From Eledone cirrhosa (Eukaryota), in contig OZ024761.1 in NCBI GenBank assembly GCA_964016885.1, positions 12,214,001-12,278,000 of the forward strand: a stretch of DNA of 64,000 nucleotides, written 5' to 3'. The translations under genes were made by a program, and so were the position numbers. How positions within the stretch are numbered: the first letter of the stretch is position 1; every line of letters starts with the position of its first letter. Under the pieces are notes generated by a model. The model was not told the DNA's origin. It saw only the letters and a list, made by a program, of their open reading frames with translations, and ran no database searches. Below are positions 40,994 to 55,493 of the stretch, in pieces.

Positions 40994-43900
40994 TTACGTC
41001 CGCTTTTCCCTGCTTGCAAGGGTGGGACGGGTCTTATTCAGCACAGCATCTCTCCACTCGTCACGGTCCCTCGTCATCTCCACCGTGAGCTTCAATGATC
41101 TGAGGTCTGTTCTCACCACCTCCGCCCATGTTTTTCGTGGTCTACCTCTACCACGTCTTCCTTCAACTGGCATTTCCTGGCACTTCTTCACCCATCGGTC
41201 ATCCTCCATGCGCATCACATGTTCATACCACCTCAGTCTCCTCTCCCGTACACTACATTCTATCCCTCTCAGACACAGTTTCTCTCTCAACACATTTATG
41301 CTGGGTCGTTCACGCACATTTACACTGCACATCCAACGGAGCATGCTTGCCTCATTTCTCTCCAGCCGTCGCATATCTTCTGCGGTAGCTGCCCATGTCT
41401 CACTACCATGCAGCATCGCGCTCCTCACACAGGCATCATACAACCGGCCTTTCGTACGCAGGGAGAAACCCTTCTTCGTCAACAGAGGAAGCAGCTCCCT
41501 AAACTTCTTCCAACCCGTCCTTATTCTAGATACTATGGCCTCGGAACACCCTCCTCCCATGCTAATCTGATCTCCTAGGTACCGGAAGCTATCCACCACT
41601 TCTATAGCGCCCTCTCGCATTTGAAAAATGTGTCTATCAGTGCGACTTCTACTGTCTAATTTCCCTGTACATCTACTGCATACATAGTTCTCCCTACCTG
41701 TTAGTTTGCCTGCTATCCCGCTACATCTCTTGTGTACCCAGGACCTACATTGTGTGCATTTTATAGAATTTATGCCAGTTCTTTTTCTGCATATCGAACA
41801 TGGCCATTTCCCTGACGGAATCAGGGTTTTGTCCTCTTTTCTACTCATCAACACTTTTGTCTTAGCTAGATTTACTCTCAGTCCTCTTGCTTCCAACTGC
41901 TGTTTCCATAGCCGGAATTTATTCTCTAGCTCCTCTACTGATTCTGCCATAAGAGCCAGATCGTCAGCATAGAGAAGTTCCCATGGACAGCCAGTCTTAA
42001 ACTCCTCTGTTATGGCTTGGAGGACTATAATGAACAAGAGCGGGCTGAGGACCGAACCCTGATGTACTCCTACTTGTATCTGGAATTCCTCACTAAACTC
42101 CATTCCTACCCTGACTTTACTGAGAGTACCTCTGTACAAAGTTTGCACTGTCCTTACAAGCCATTCCTCAACACCCAGCTTCCTTAGGGACCACCAGATG
42201 ACAGATCGGGGTACCCTATCAAAGGCCTTCTCTAGGTCAACAAAGGCTAAGTATAGTGGCTTATTCTTCTCTAAGAACCTCTCTTGCATTTGTCTCACCA
42301 AGAAGAGGGCATCTGTTGTACTCTTCCCAGGCACAAAACCAAACTGCATCTCATCTAGTTTGACCCTTTCTCTAATTAGTTGTGCTAAAATCCTTTCTGC
42401 CACTTTCATAACCTGATCTATCAGTTTTATACCCCTATAATTGCTCCTCTCCAAAGCATCCCCTTTACCTTTGTAGCAATTTATGAGAATACTGCTGCAC
42501 CAGTCTTTGGGTATGACACCACCATATATAGCCTGATTGATTATGCGTGCAACCAGTTTAGTGCCTACGTCCCCTGATGCCTTCAGCATCTCAGCAACTA
42601 TTCCCGATGGTCCGGCCGCCTTACCATTTTTCATTTCCCTAATCGCCTCTTGGACCCTATATTCGTCAATCTCAATAGCTGGTCCCTCTGTCGGATCTAC
42701 CAAGGGTAATTTCTCTCTCTCCCATTCGTTCTCCACATTCATCAGTCTCTCATAATGACATTTCCAGGCCTCCTTTTTCTGGTCATTCGTGACACTAAGT
42801 ACACCGGCATCATCCCGGACACATTTATCACCAACAACATCCTGATTTGCATTGACACACTGCCTTGCAATGTGGAACACCGCACGCCTCTGATCTTCCC
42901 GTCGCAGAACATTGGCAAACCTCCTACTCTCTGCCTCCCTGCGTGCTAAGTACACCTGACGTCTAGCTTCTCTCTTAGTGGCTGTATATTCTTCCCTACT
43001 CCCACCCTTATTCCAAGCCTTCCATGCTAGTCTTTTGTCTCTAATAGCCTTATCTACACTGCTGTTCCACCACCAGGTCACTCTCTGTCTGGTTGGAGCT
43101 CTGCTCCAGCCACAGGTTTCATCAGTAGCCTTCAGCAAGTTGTCACGTAAGAACTTCCAGTTATTATCTATGTCATACGTCTCTAAATCGTCTTCTTTTT
43201 CGTCATATACATCTTGAAGGGCTTTCCTAAATTTGAATTTTAGTGAAAGGTCTTTTAGCTTCCAGACCTTTCTTCTCCACACCTTCCTATATGTCTCATT
43301 CCATCTCTTGCTTACTGAGATATCACTAACAACTAACCTATGCTGTGGGGTACATTCTTCCCCAGGGTATGCCTTGGTATTAGACACTATCTGCCTGTCC
43401 CGCTGCCTAACTAGCAGGAAGTCAATCTGGCTTATGTGCTCACCAGATTTGTAGGTTATTAGGTGATTGGCAGGTTTCTGGAAGTTTGTGTTGCAAATAG
43501 TCAATGTACTTGCATCACAAAATTCAAGAAGTCTCACTCCTTCTTCATTTCTTGAACCGTAACCGTGCCCACCATGTACCCCAGTGTAACCATCCTGGAG
43601 CTGTCCAACATGACCATTGAAGTCTCCTGCTAGCATAACGATGTCTCCGTCCTCTGTCATTGTGGTTGTTTGCAAAAGTTGCTCATAAAAGCAGTCTTTC
43701 TCATCTTTGCCTAGGCCTGCTTGGGGAGCATAGACCGAGATGATTGTCAGTAGTCTCCTACCTACAACTAATCTAAGCTTAATTATTCGATTACTAACTC
43801 GAACTACCTCTATTGTCTTATTGATCCATTTCTCAGCCAGGAAAATGCCTACTCCCCCTAACCCATCATCCTTACCTACCCAGAATAGCTTATAGCTAAG

Positions 43901-44062
43901 ACGCTTGCCTACGACTAGTCTCGCAGAGGCACCCCTCCATCTCACCTCTTGCACGCAGCACACATCCACCTGCCTTCTCTCCAGCATCTCCGCTATTTCA
44001 GCAGACCTACCTCTGAGAGTGCCAACATTAAGTGTTGCAACTCTGAGATGCGACGTCTTCAT
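40994..44062 (-). CDS. Intact RTE LINE ORF (APE + RT + PHD-like Cys-rich insert), with an (ATG)n 3' tail at 40967-40991
   Basis: 1022 aa: [59 protein letters not shown]...[12 protein letters not shown]...CSRC. Confidence 0.93.
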   Translation of the reverse strand: MKTSHLRVATLNVGTLRGRSAEIAEMLERRQVDVCCVQEVRWRGASARLVVGKRLSYKLFWVGKDDGLGGVGIFLAEKWINKTIEVVRVSNRIIKLRLVVGRRLLTIISVYAPQAGLGKDEKDCFYEQLLQTTTMTEDGDIVMLAGDFNGHVGQLQDGYTGVHGGHGYGSRNEEGVRLLEFCDASTLTICNTNFQKPANHLITYKSGEHISQIDFLLVRQRDRQIVSNTKAYPGEECTPQHRLVVSDISVSKRWNETYRKVWRRKVWKLKDLSLKFKFRKALQDVYDEKEDDLETYDIDNNWKFLRDNLLKATDETCGWSRAPTRQRVTWWWNSSVDKAIRDKRLAWKAWNKGGSREEYTATKREARRQVYLARREAESRRFANVLRREDQRRAVFHIARQCVNANQDVVGDKCVRDDAGVLSVTNDQKKEAWKCHYERLMNVENEWEREKLPLVDPTEGPAIEIDEYRVQEAIREMKNGKAAGPSGIVAEMLKASGDVGTKLVARIINQAIYGGVIPKDWCSSILINCYKGKGDALERSNYRGIKLIDQVMKVAERILAQLIRERVKLDEMQFGFVPGKSTTDALFLVRQMQERFLEKNKPLYLAFVDLEKAFDRVPRSVIWWSLRKLGVEEWLVRTVQTLYRGTLSKVRVGMEFSEEFQIQVGVHQGSVLSPLLFIIVLQAITEEFKTGCPWELLYADDLALMAESVEELENKFRLWKQQLEARGLRVNLAKTKVLMSRKEDKTLIPSGKWPCSICRKRTGINSIKCTQCRSWVHKRCSGIAGKLTGRENYVCSRCTGKLDSRSRTDRHIFQMREGAIEVVDSFRYLGDQISMGGGCSEAIVSRIRTGWKKFRELLPLLTKKGFSLRTKGRLYDACVRSAMLHGSETWAATAEDMRRLERNEASMLRWMCSVNVRERPSINVLREKLCLRGIECSVRERRLRWYEHVMRMEDDRWVKKCQEMPVEGRRGRGRPRKTWAEVVRTDLRSLKLTVEMTRDRDEWRDAVLNKTRPTLASREKRT

Positions 44063-44516
44063 ATTTTCTATGCTGTTTTGTTGCTGTGCTGATAAGCTTT
44101 TTGGCGTTGATACACTGGTTGGATGCCCTTCCTAACACCAGCGCCACTTTACAGCATGGACTGGGTGCTTTTATTTGTGCCACCAGCACTAGAGAGGATG
44201 TCTTACTAGACTCAAGGGCCCTCTCTACCCCTCCATTTTACAGCATCGTCATTATTAAAAAAAAAAAAAAAAAACTTATTGACACGACTCACACACTAAT
44301 ACTCATGCATACAAACCACAACCACACATACCAACACTCATTCATGCATACAATCACACACACAACTCACAAACACATATATATATATATACATATATTA
44401 CCGACAGTACTGATACAAAATCAAAATCAAAGTCAAAATCGTCAAAATCACTATCATGTCAACTGTTGACCTTTCCCAGTCCAGTTCGGCTTGTATATAA
44501 TAACAATAACAATAAT

Positions 44517-44700
44517 TATTTCTACGTTAGGCACAAGGCCAGCAATTACCCAGTGTATTACTAGTACTTTATTTTATCGACCCAGTAAGGATGAAAGGCA
44601 AAGTTAACCTCGGCGGGATTTGAACTCAGAATGGCAAGGGCCGTAACTCTATGCGTCAAAGCATGGCGTCCGACCCTCTACCAATACTGCCAATCCACCG
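44517..44700 (-). mobile_element. Family-1 SINE
   Basis: Reverse complement of 4024-4212. Confidence 0.85.
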
Positions 44701-45359
44701 TAACAATAATAATTGTTTGTTTACGCTGGTAATGGCGGTGGTGGATGGTGTCAGTGTGGTGGTGGTGTCAGTGTGGTGGTGGTGTCAGTGTGGTGGTGGT
44801 GGATGGTCAGTGATGGTGGTGGCAGTTGTTGGTGCTGTAGTTGTTATTGTAGTTGTTACTGTTGTTGTTGTCCTTCATTTCACTGCTGCTGTTGCTGCAG
44901 ACAATGGTGTTGATGCTGTTATTGCTGTCGCATATATACAAATACATACACACACATTCAACACAGACGATGGTGTTGTTGCTGTTGTTGTTGTTGTTGG
45001 TGTTGCTGCTGTTGTTGTTGTAGTTGTTGCTGTGTTGAAATCTGGTCGCATCCACTGAGATATACATATACACACACATACACATATGTATATACACATA
45101 CATACATCAAAAGAGAGTCAGCAGTATGTCAACAGGGGACAGGACAGCGATCTTAGAGTAATGTGGTGATGGTGGGGAGCGAGTGTAGGCGTTATTGTTA
45201 GTGTGGTGACGGGGGGGTCAGTGAGACGTTACAAGTTCATAGATCACTTCTCTCTTTTCCTCTCTCTTCAAAATTTTGAATTTATGGCCTTTTGCAATGG
45301 CGGACAAGTATATATAATATATATATATGAAGCCAAGAAAAGAAAATTTTCACTGATAT

Positions 45360-45665
45360 GAAAGATTTCCTGGTAGAAGTTCAGGTGTATTCAGTAATTG
45401 GTATCCAGTTTCGGGGTATCCAATTAGAAAATCCAACGAATCTTTAAGAGGGGTCCACGCAACCATTGATATATATATCTATATATGTAAAATGCAAGCA
45501 GAAATGACAACGAAAGATTTCCTGGTAGAAGTTCAGGTGTATTCAGTGTTGGTATCCAGTGTTAGGGTATCCAATTAGAAAATCCAACGAATTTTGAGAG
45601 GGGTCCACGCAAGCATATATATAGATATATATATGTATATATGCAAAATGCAAGCAGAAATAACA
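45360..45665 (+). repeat. ~150-bp tandem duplication
   Basis: gaaagatttcctggtagaagttcaggtgtattcagt...aaaatgcaagcagaaat occurs twice. Confidence 0.85.
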
Positions 45666-45845
45666 ACACATATACTAATGAACATACATTAAACACAGAG
45701 GGACTGTAAATGATAATAGCAATATCTAGATATAAATATATAAATGTACATATCTCTATTGGTCTCATAAATTTTAAATTTTCTCTTTCCTCTTGTATGT
45801 GTGTAGCAACACGTGGTTGTGTGTTGCTGCTGACTCTAGCAGAGC

Positions 45846-45890
<45 letters not shown>

Positions 45891-45896
<6 letters not shown>

Positions 45897-46047
45897 GGAG
45901 CTTCTACAGGACTAGTACTGTTTCATTCAGATGAATGAAACAGTACTAGTCCTGTAGAAGCTCCTTCTATAAAATAAAAAATTTTACTCTGCCATGTATT
46001 GAGTACCTTACTTACTGTGGTTATCCCCGACTCAACCCGGGACCTAC

Positions 46048-46049
<2 letters not shown>
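45891..46049 (+). mobile_element. Fold-back PLE-like mini-insert (family C relative)
   Basis: Hairpin 45891-45971 with GAAA-CAG tactagtc CTG-TA^gaagctc. The tail is homologous to 35531-35596 in reverse. Confidence 0.7.
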
Positions 46050-46090
<41 letters not shown>

Positions 46091-46164
46091 AATAAAATAA
46101 AACAAGGACGATTAGTTACTCCTTCATTACGTTTATTGGTTGGTGACGCGCGTTTCGCCACTGA

Positions 46165-47915
46165 TCACTATTACACATCCAGTGGAGCATGCAAGCTTCG
46201 TTCCTCTCTAGTCTGCGTATATCCTCTGCACACAATGCCCAGGTCTCACTGCCATGCAACATTGCTGTTCGTATGCAGGCATCGTACAACCTGCCTTTCA
46301 TTTTTAGGGAGAACCCTTTAGCGGCTAATAGTGGTATAAGCTCTCTGAACTTTTTCCATCCAGTTCTGACTCTAGCTACAGTACTTTCAGAGCACCCTCC
46401 CCCACTGCTGATTTTGTCACCCAGGTAACGGAAGCTGTCCACTATTTCTATAGAACCCTCTGCGCAGTTGAAAGAGCTAGTATTTTTTGGGCACTTGTTG
46501 CTACTTATTGCACCAGAGCACCGGCCACATGTAAAATCTATGTTCTTAGTTAGCTTACCTGTGATCCCACTACATCTTTTATGTACCCATACTTTGCATT
46601 TGGGACACAAAATGGAGTTTCTACCTACGCCTTTCCTACACACTGAGCATGGCCACTTCCCGGAGGGGGACCGCCGCCTTATTTTCTTTCTTACAAACTA
46701 GAACTTTAGTCTTAGCCAGGTTAATTTTAAGGCCTTTTGATTCTAGGCCGTGCTTCCATGTTTGGAATTTCTTCTCTAGCTCGGCCATTGATTCAGCTAT
46801 GAGCGTTAGATCATCTGCGTATAGGAGTTCCCATGGGCAGCCGGTCTTGAACTCCACTGTTATAGCCTGGAGGGCAATAATAAATAGTAGGGGGCTAAGA
46901 ACAGAGCCCTGATGAACACCAACTTTTACACTAAACTCTTCACTATATTCGTTGTTAATTTTAACCTTGCTGACTGTTTCTTTATACATGGCTTGTATAG
47001 CTCTCACAAGCCATTCATCAACACCTAGTTTTCTAAGAGCCCACCAGATAATGGAACGGGGGACTCTGTCGAAGGCTTTCTCCAAGTCGACGAAAGCTAA
47101 GTATAGGGGTTTACTTTTAGCTAGGTACTTCTCCTGTAGTTGTCGTACAATGAAAAGAGCGTCTGTGGTACTTTTTCCTGACGCAAACCCGAACTGCATT
47201 TCATCTAGATCAATTCGCTCTCTGATTAGTTGCGCTATTACTTTTTCCGCGACCTTCATGACCTGGTCGATTAATTTAATGCCTCTATAGTTACTCCTAT
47301 CTAGGGCATCTCCTTTACCCTTATAACAGTTAACAATGATGCTGCTACGCCAGTCCTTCGGAACAACCCCATTCTGTATGACTTGGTTGACTATCCGGGT
47401 GACCATGGTGTATCCCACCGTACCAGATGCCTTCAGCATCTCGGCAACTATTTCCGTCACAATGTTGTCCAACGTGACCATTTAGGTCGCCTGCAATAAT
47501 TATATAGTCACTGTCGGTTATTTGGGAGGTAGTGAGCATCAGTGTCTCATAGAATCTGTCTTTTATAGTGCTGGGCAGTCCGGATTGGGGTGCGTACGCA
47601 GATATTACTGTCACCGTCATTCTACTGAGGACAAGTCTTATTTTAATTATTCTGTCGTTCACTCTATTTACGTCTATTATCTTATCTGCCCACTTTTCTG
47701 CTACCATGATTCCTACTCCACCCAGCCCATTGTCATTTCCCACCCAGAAAAGCTTATAGCATCGTTTTCTACCCACAATGAATCTAGCAGATCCACCCCT
47801 CCACCTGGTCTCTTGAATACAACAAACATCGACCTCCTTACGTTCAAGCATTTCTACAACCTCGTTAGAGCGACCCTTTAAGGTGCCTACATTCAAGGTA
47901 CCAACTCTGAATATA
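46165..47915 (-). pseudogene. Internally deleted, frameshifted RTE LINE
   Basis: APE (…GHVGQHCDG) is fused near 47455 to pre-[14 protein letters not shown] has YADD, there is a frameshift near 46670, and the 3' end is lost. Confidence 0.88.
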
Positions 47916-47925
47916 TATATATATA

Positions 47926-48033
47926 TAGGAAAATAGTCAGGGTCTTTTCCTATTACTCACTCTACTACCCTAAGTTTTGAGTACTCTGCTGCGCTATGGT
48001 CCACCTGGTATCTTACCACACTTCCTTCATTTT
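47926..48033 (+). mobile_element. Family-B mini-insert (tail plus a very short inverted arm)
   Basis: taggaaaa...ttttccta, then ttactcactctactaccctaagt...ccacctggta...accac, homologous to 24802-24886. Confidence 0.6.
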
Positions 48034-48353
48034 ATATATATATATATGCACAGATAAATCTACCAATCAATGGTCGGATCTAAACCGTATGAAGAACTCA
48101 ATGTTATCCGTATGTAGAAGTTGTGAAGCGAAGTTTCAAATACAAAAATTTTTAACTCATTATTTTACGATCGTTTCTGGGGGGTAGTTCCCTGTATGTT
48201 CATTCAATTATTGATCTATGTAAAACATATTACAAAATATCATAGTGAGAAAAAAATATGTCTTCACTACCCACCGTCTTCAGAAATAATGAGTTTTACT
48301 ATGAATTAACAGTTTTGTGTTTAATTTCATTGTTTTAATATATATATATATTT

Positions 48354-48612
48354 CTAGGGCGGGTAAAATTCCCGAGATCCATGGACGAGTTCTCTCCAGC
48401 GGTCTCTGTCCCTCATTATCTCTACCATGTCCTGCGTCTCCAACAGACCAGTGTCTGTCCTTAGGGCATCAACATACGTTAACCTTGGTCTTCCTTTTCC
48501 AGTGTGTCCATGTAGGGGCTCCCACAGGGACACTGAGTGCAATGTCAACTCTGGATGTCGGTGAGCATGTCCAGCTAACCTCAGTCTCCTCTGTGTCACT
48601 TTTGAGCTGACT
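48354..48612 (-). mobile_element. RTE-clade LINE 3' end fragment
   Basis: [15 protein letters not shown]...LWEPLHG...GRPRLTYVD...[10 protein letters not shown] second copy lies at 63108-63305. Confidence 0.8.
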
Positions 48613-48620
48613 TTTGGAAA

Positions 48621-48751
<131 letters not shown>

Positions 48752-48757
48752 TATATG

Positions 48758-49287
<530 letters not shown>

Positions 49288-49504
49288 TATATATAAATAT
49301 ATATATATATATATTTAATTAGAAAGTGAACAACACATTATATAACTAATCCATTACCAAAGGTTTCAGGACCCTAGGCAATATCAATTAAATAGCTCTG
49401 TTCTATTACATGGAGCACTTTGTTTTCCTTTGCTTTTTCTTCGGAATTACCTAACACACACACACACACACACACATATATATCCATCATCATTATCGTT
49501 TAAT

Positions 49505-49692
49505 GTGGATTGACAGTATCGGTAAAGGGTCGGACGCGATGCTTTGACGCATAGAGTTACGGCCCTTGCCATTCTGAGTTCAAATCCCGCCGAGGTTAAC
49601 TTTGCCTTTCATCCTTACGGGGTCGATAAAATAAAGTACCAGTAATGCACTGGGATAATTGCTGGCCTTGTGCCGAAAAGTAGAAACAATTA
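49505..49692 (+). mobile_element. Family-1 SINE
   Basis: Matches 4024-4212. Confidence 0.85.
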
Positions 49693-49868
49693 TTGTTTAA
49701 TGTCTATCTTCCATTTGAGGCAAGTTTGGTCAGGTGACCACGTCTCGCTCATATAGAACTGGTTCTGGCTGGTTTTCTCCAGCTGGAGGCCCTTCCTAAC
49801 GTCAACCACATTTATAGTGTGGACTGGGTGTTTTATGGTACCAACATAACATACACACACACACACAC

Positions 49869-49903
<35 letters not shown>

Positions 49904-49942
49904 GATGTGTATATATGTATGTATGTATATGTGTGTGTATGT

Positions 49943-50215
49943 ATCATCATCATCATCATCACCGTTTTACGTCCGTTCTTCCACGCTAGCATGGGTTAGA
50001 CGGGTTGTCCTGTTGTGGGCAGTGTCTGGTCGGCTGACCATGCCTTGCTCATACAGGAACTGATCTGGCTTGATTTCTACAGCTGGATGCCCTTCCTCAT
50101 TTACACCAACCTCATTTACAGTGAGTGCTGGGTGCTTTTTCGTGGCGCCTACACGTCCACTTTACAGTGTGGGCTGGGTGCTTTTTTGCCGTGGCACCTC
50201 CACGACCACCTTGCG
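49943..50215 (-). mobile_element. RTE-tailed non-autonomous retroposon (family 2)
   Basis: Contains AGGAAGGGCATCCAGCTGTAGAAA and ends ACCCGTCTAACCCATGCTAGCGTGGAAGAACGGACGTAAA plus (ATG)n, like the 3' end of the RTE at 40994. Confidence 0.7.
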
Positions 50216-50248
50216 GTGGGGGGAGTGGGGGCATATTGTTTATATGCT

Positions 50249-53200
50249 TCAGCATGTACCCATGGGAGGTCGGGTACCCTGTATTACTGCGTGACGCCAG
50301 AAGTCACGGTCGTGTGTCATTGACTTTGAGAGGTGTAGTTGGGTAAGGTCAGCTTTTATCACCTCATCCCAAGTCATCTTGGGTCTCCCCACTCCGCGGT
50401 TTCCATCAACTTCTAGTGCTCTGCACCTTTTTATGCAGCTGTCATCCTTCATACGCATCACATGTCCATACCAGCGTAACCGCCTCTCCTGCACGCAGCA
50501 TTTGATTCCTCTTATGCTCAGTCTCTCTCTCAATTCCTTTATGCTTTGTCGTTCACGTATATTACTGTTACACATCCATCGGAGCATGCAGGCTTCGTTT
50601 CTCTCTAATCTACGTAAGTCTTCCACCTTCAGCGCCCAGGTCTCACTACCATGCAACATCGCTGTTCGGATACACGCATCATACAGTCTGCCTTTCATTC
50701 TGAGGGAGAAGCCTTTTGCAGCTAGCAGTGGTAGTAGTTCCCTAAACTTCTTCCATCCCGTTCTTACCCTAGTTATTGTACTTTCTGAGCACCCACCTCC
50801 GTTGCTAATTCGGTCACCTAGGTAGCAGAAGCTGTCTACTGTTTCTACAGGGCCCTCCCAGAGATTGGTGGTACTTGTTTCCTGTGGCTGTTTGCTTGCT
50901 GTTTCAGCACAGCTGCTGCATGTGAATCCTACATTCTTAATTAAGCTTCCTGAGATCCTGCTACATCTCTTGTGTACCCATTGTTTGCATTTGGGGCAGA
51001 GAATGGAGTTCCTACCTACACCTTTCCTACATACTGAGCAAGGCCATTTCCCTGAGGGGATCTGGGTTCTGTTTTCTCGTCTACTTATAAGGACCTTAGT
51101 CTTTGTCATGTTGACTTTGAGGCCCTTTCTCTCTAGTCCCTGCTTCCAGGTTTGGAATTTATTCTCTAGTTCTACCATAGATTCAGCTATGAGTGCGAGG
51201 TCATCAGCATACAGGAGTTCCCATGGGCATCCGGTCTTAAACTCCTCCGTTATTGCCTGCAGGGCTATGATGAACAGGAGAGGGCTAAGAACAGAGCCCT
51301 GGTGGACCCCAACCTGTACGCTAAATTCCTCGCTATACTCATTGCCAATCCTAACTTTGCTGACTGCTCCCCTATACATGGCTTGTACCGCTTTCACAAG
51401 CCATTCATCTACTCCTAGTTTTCTAAGAGCCCACCAGATTACTGCACGTGGAACTCTGTCAAAGGCTTTCTCAAGGTCGACAAATGCCAAGTAGAGTGGC
51501 TTACTTTTAGCTAGGTACTTTTCCTGTAATTGCCTCACAAGGAAGAGGGCATCAGTGGTGCCTTTCCCTGGTACAAACCCAAATTGCATCTCGTCTATAT
51601 TCACCCGGTCCCTAATCAGCTGTGCTATAACTCTTTCTGTTACTTTCATGACCTGGTCCATCAACTTTATACCTCTATAGTTTCCTCTATCTAGTGCATC
51701 GCCTTTACCTTTGTAGCAGTTGACAATGATGCTACTGCACCAATCTTTTGGTATGGCCCCCTCTAGTATTACCTGGTTAACGATACGTGTGGTTATAGTG
51801 TGACCTACAGACCCAGATGCCTTCAGCATCTCGGCAGCTATACCCGATGGACCGGTTGCCTTCCCTATCTTCATATCTCTGATTGCCTTACTTACTACGC
51901 TGCCGCTGACTTGTACTGCTGGTCCCTCTATAGGGTCTACGTGGGGTAGGGTCTCTTCTTCCCATGCATTCTCCTCATTTAGTAATCTATCATAATGACT
52001 CTTCCATGCATCTTTCTTCTCAGCACTTGTGAGGGCAAGCTCACCTTTATCATTCCGGATACACTTCTCTCCAATGACATCACAACTATCTCTGACACAC
52101 TGCCTCGCAATCTTGAATACCTCCTGTTTCTGGTCCTCACGTTGTAAAACATGCTTGAATTTTCTATCCTCTGCTTCCCTCCTAGCTAAGTATACTTGTC
52201 GCCTAGCTTCCCTCTTGGTCTCTATGTAATGTACCCTGCTCCCCCCGTTCTTCCATTCTTTCCATGCCTGTCTCTTGGCCTTGACTGCTTCATCTACCTT
52301 ATTGTTCCACCACCAAGTCACTCTCCTGCTTGAGGTCTTACTCCAGCCACAAACCTCATCCGTCGCCTCTAGTAAGTTATTTTTTAGGAACTCCCAGTTC
52401 TCTTCTACGTTAAATGTCTCTATCTGTTCTTCTTTACTGTCGTAGGCGTTGAGTAAAATATCTTTAAATCTGTTACTGGTTGAGGGGACTTTCAGCTTCC
52501 AGATCTTTCTTCTCCAGGTTGGCCTCTGTTTCAGGGCTCGTCTAGTTCTGACCGTGAGGTCGCTGACAACTAAGCTATGTTGGGATGTACATTCCTCACT
52601 AGGGAAGGCTTTTGTGTTTACGACCGTCCATCTGTCACGTCCTCTGATGAGGATAAAATCTAACTGACTAGAGTGCTCCCCTGATCTATAGGTGATCAGG
52701 TGGTTGTCGGGTTTTTTAAAGTTTGTGTTACATATCGACATGTCATTGGCGTCGCAGAATTCTAGAAGTCTGAATCCTTCCTCATTCCTTGTGCCAACTC
52801 CATGGCCTCCATGTACTCTATTGAAGCCGTTGCAGTGTTTACCTACATGTCCGTTAAAATCTCCTGCAATGATTAGGAAGTCCTTGTCGTCTGTTAGAGC
52901 AGTAGTGTGTATTAGGGACTCGTAAAACCTATCCTTAAGTTCGTCTGGCAGCCCCGATTGGGGTGCGTAAGCTGATATTATTGTGGTAATTGTCTTATTC
53001 AGGACTAGTCTGAGTTTAATGATTCTTGCATTTACCCTGTACACAGAGATTACTTTATCTACCCACTTGTCAGCTAATAGTATACCTACACCACCCATCC
53101 CATCGTCATTTCCCACCCAGAAAAATTTGTAGCACTGGCTTTTTCCTACAAGGACTCTAGCAGACCCTCCTCTCCATCTAGTCTCTTGCACACAGCATAC

Positions 53201-53288
53201 ACCAACTTCCTTTCGCTCTAGCATTTCTACGATTTCTCCTGCTCTTCCTTTCATTGAGCCTACATTGATGGTACCAACTCGGAATATA
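50249..53288 (-). CDS. RTE LINE ORF, open from the APE start to the C-terminus; no 5' UTR or native ATG
   Basis: FRVGTINVG...GDFNGHVG...LLYADD...WPCSVC...CPKCKQWVHKRC. The first ~45 aa of the track ORF are microsatellite read-through. Confidence 0.9.
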
Positions 53289-53847
53289 TATATAAGTATG
53301 TATACGTACATACATATATGTATACAGACGTACAGTAGTATGAATATATATATATGTAGTAGTATGTATATACATACATACATGCACACATATATATATG
53401 TACGTATGGGTTTACCGAACATTTATTATAATGTTCGGTTTGTTTAAAAACAAACAGCCCGAATTTTTAGCCGTACAGTGTTCAGCAACCATCGTTACCC
53501 TTTTGTTCAACACTGACAAAGGAACGATGTACTCGTTTCTAGTTTATTAGCTGTCATCAGCACCGTATACCTTCCTTGCATTGACTCGTTATACAATTTT
53601 TTTTCTCGTTCAACACGGCGATGGGAAGCCCTTCAAGAAGTTGCTCCAGTGGTTGTTAAATATCCTTCAGACACGCGATGGAGTGCTAGATGTACCGCAG
53701 TCAGATCGGTGGCGAATTATTTGACGCTGATTGAGGCAATTCTGATGCTTTCCCTGGGCGCCGTTTACACTAGCTACGCCACTGTATATACATATATATA
53801 TATATATATATATTAATAAATGGAAACTATATTTATAAAACCATAAT

Positions 53848-53913
53848 TATTTTATTATATATATTTCAAGAGCAACCAAGGTAAATTATGGTGCGCTTTC
53901 ATCAGATAAAATA
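53848..53913 (-). ncRNA. Type-I hammerhead ribozyme (family D)
   Basis: Reverse complement of 54033-54098 with one stem II change. Confidence 0.72.
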
Positions 53914-54032
53914 CAGATTTGTTTTATAAATAAATATTGACATACCCGGAAAAAAGACAACCTCAACGGTTGAAATTCGTTGAGGTTCTCTTTTTTCCGG
54001 GTATGTCAATATTTATTTATAAAACAAATCTG

Positions 54033-54098
54033 TATTTTATCTGATGAAAGCGCACCATAATTTACCTTGGTTGCCCTTGAAATATATATAATAAAATA
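54033..54098 (+). ncRNA. Type-I hammerhead ribozyme (family D)
   Basis: TATTTTAT-CTGATGA-AAGcGCACCA...TGGtTGCcCTT-GAAA-TATATA-TA^ATAAAATA, with an 8-bp stem I and palindromic stem III. Confidence 0.75.
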
Positions 54099-54539
54099 AT
54101 TATGGTTTTATAAATATAGTTTCCATTTGTTAATATCGTATATATATATATATATATATATAAACTGTTGATATATATATAAACTGTTGAGTGCTTTATA
54201 TCAGTTATAAAAATTTTAAAGCTTGTTGAATCCCAACAAATTAAATATAACCTCTGCATATATATATATATATATGAGATGTGAGAAAAACCACAGACCC
54301 TCCATCTCAACTGCGAAACCGGTAAAGGAACCAAATAAATATATATATATTTTAAAATAAGACTCCAGTTGCATTTTCGATTTCATCTTTTTTTCTTTAT
54401 ACTTTCACTCGTGTAGGACACCTCGTTTTTTTTCATTTTGTAAAAAAACTCTCACTTTCTAATATATATATATATATGTATATATATATACACATATGCA
54501 CACATTATCTGTACACTAATATGTGATATTGTCCAAAGG

Positions 54540-54637
54540 AAAGGCAATGTGAAATAAAGAGTCTTGCTCAAGGACACAACGCACCACCCGGTCTGAGAAT
54601 TGAACTCAAAACCTCACAATTGAACGCCCGGCGCTCT
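54540..54637 (-). mobile_element. tRNA-derived SINE fragment (family 3)
   Basis: Reverse complement resembles 63322-63470 (GAGTTCAATTCTCAGACCGGG...CCTTGAGCAAGAC). Confidence 0.7.
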
Positions 54638-54702
54638 ATATACACACACATACACAGATACTCTTATATATATATATATATATATATGATATATATATAT
54701 AT

Positions 54703-54750
<48 letters not shown>

Positions 54751-54970
54751 GATATTTATATATTCTTTAGCACAGATTAAACGTTTAAGCAAACAATTAT
54801 ATAACTGTGTGTGTATGTTTGTGTGTGTGTCTCTGTGTGTGTGTATGTTTGTGTGTGTGTGTGTGCAATTAATTTGTTTTGTGACCCTGAACAGAGAAGG
54901 GACAAAAAAAACAATGACATTTTAGGAAAGTTTGTCATGTTGCTTTGTCTTATTTTTTTCAGGTGTATAT

Positions 54971-55109
<139 letters not shown>

Positions 55110-55493
55110 TATACATATATACATATATATACATATATATATACTTAATTCAGTAATTAATTAGTATTTTAACACTTTCTATAGAAATAGTTAGGAGATA
55201 GTTAAAGATGTCTGCTACGTTTCCCAGGACCTGGTGTCTGTAAATAAGATTACGTGGGAGACAAAGGTCCCCCTAATTAATTTACCGACAGCTACAAAGT
55301 AAATTAATGAAGTCTAAACAAACCTAGCGACGGTGACTCACACCAGCAGATCCTCTCTTGCCTATCAAAATAACTCCACAATATACAATACAGAACGAAG
55401 ACAATGTTGTTTATATAATTATTTACATATTGTAGTGAAGGCACGTGGCCTGATGGTTGGGGTGTTCTCTTCGCAGTCTAGAAGTTAAGTTCG

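Larger units (their letters stand above)
53813..54258. mobile_element. Fold-back PLE-like mini-insert (family D) with two complete hammerheads
   Basis: Arms ~53813-53967 and ~53978-54134. The tail is homologous to 48758-48849. Confidence 0.8.
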
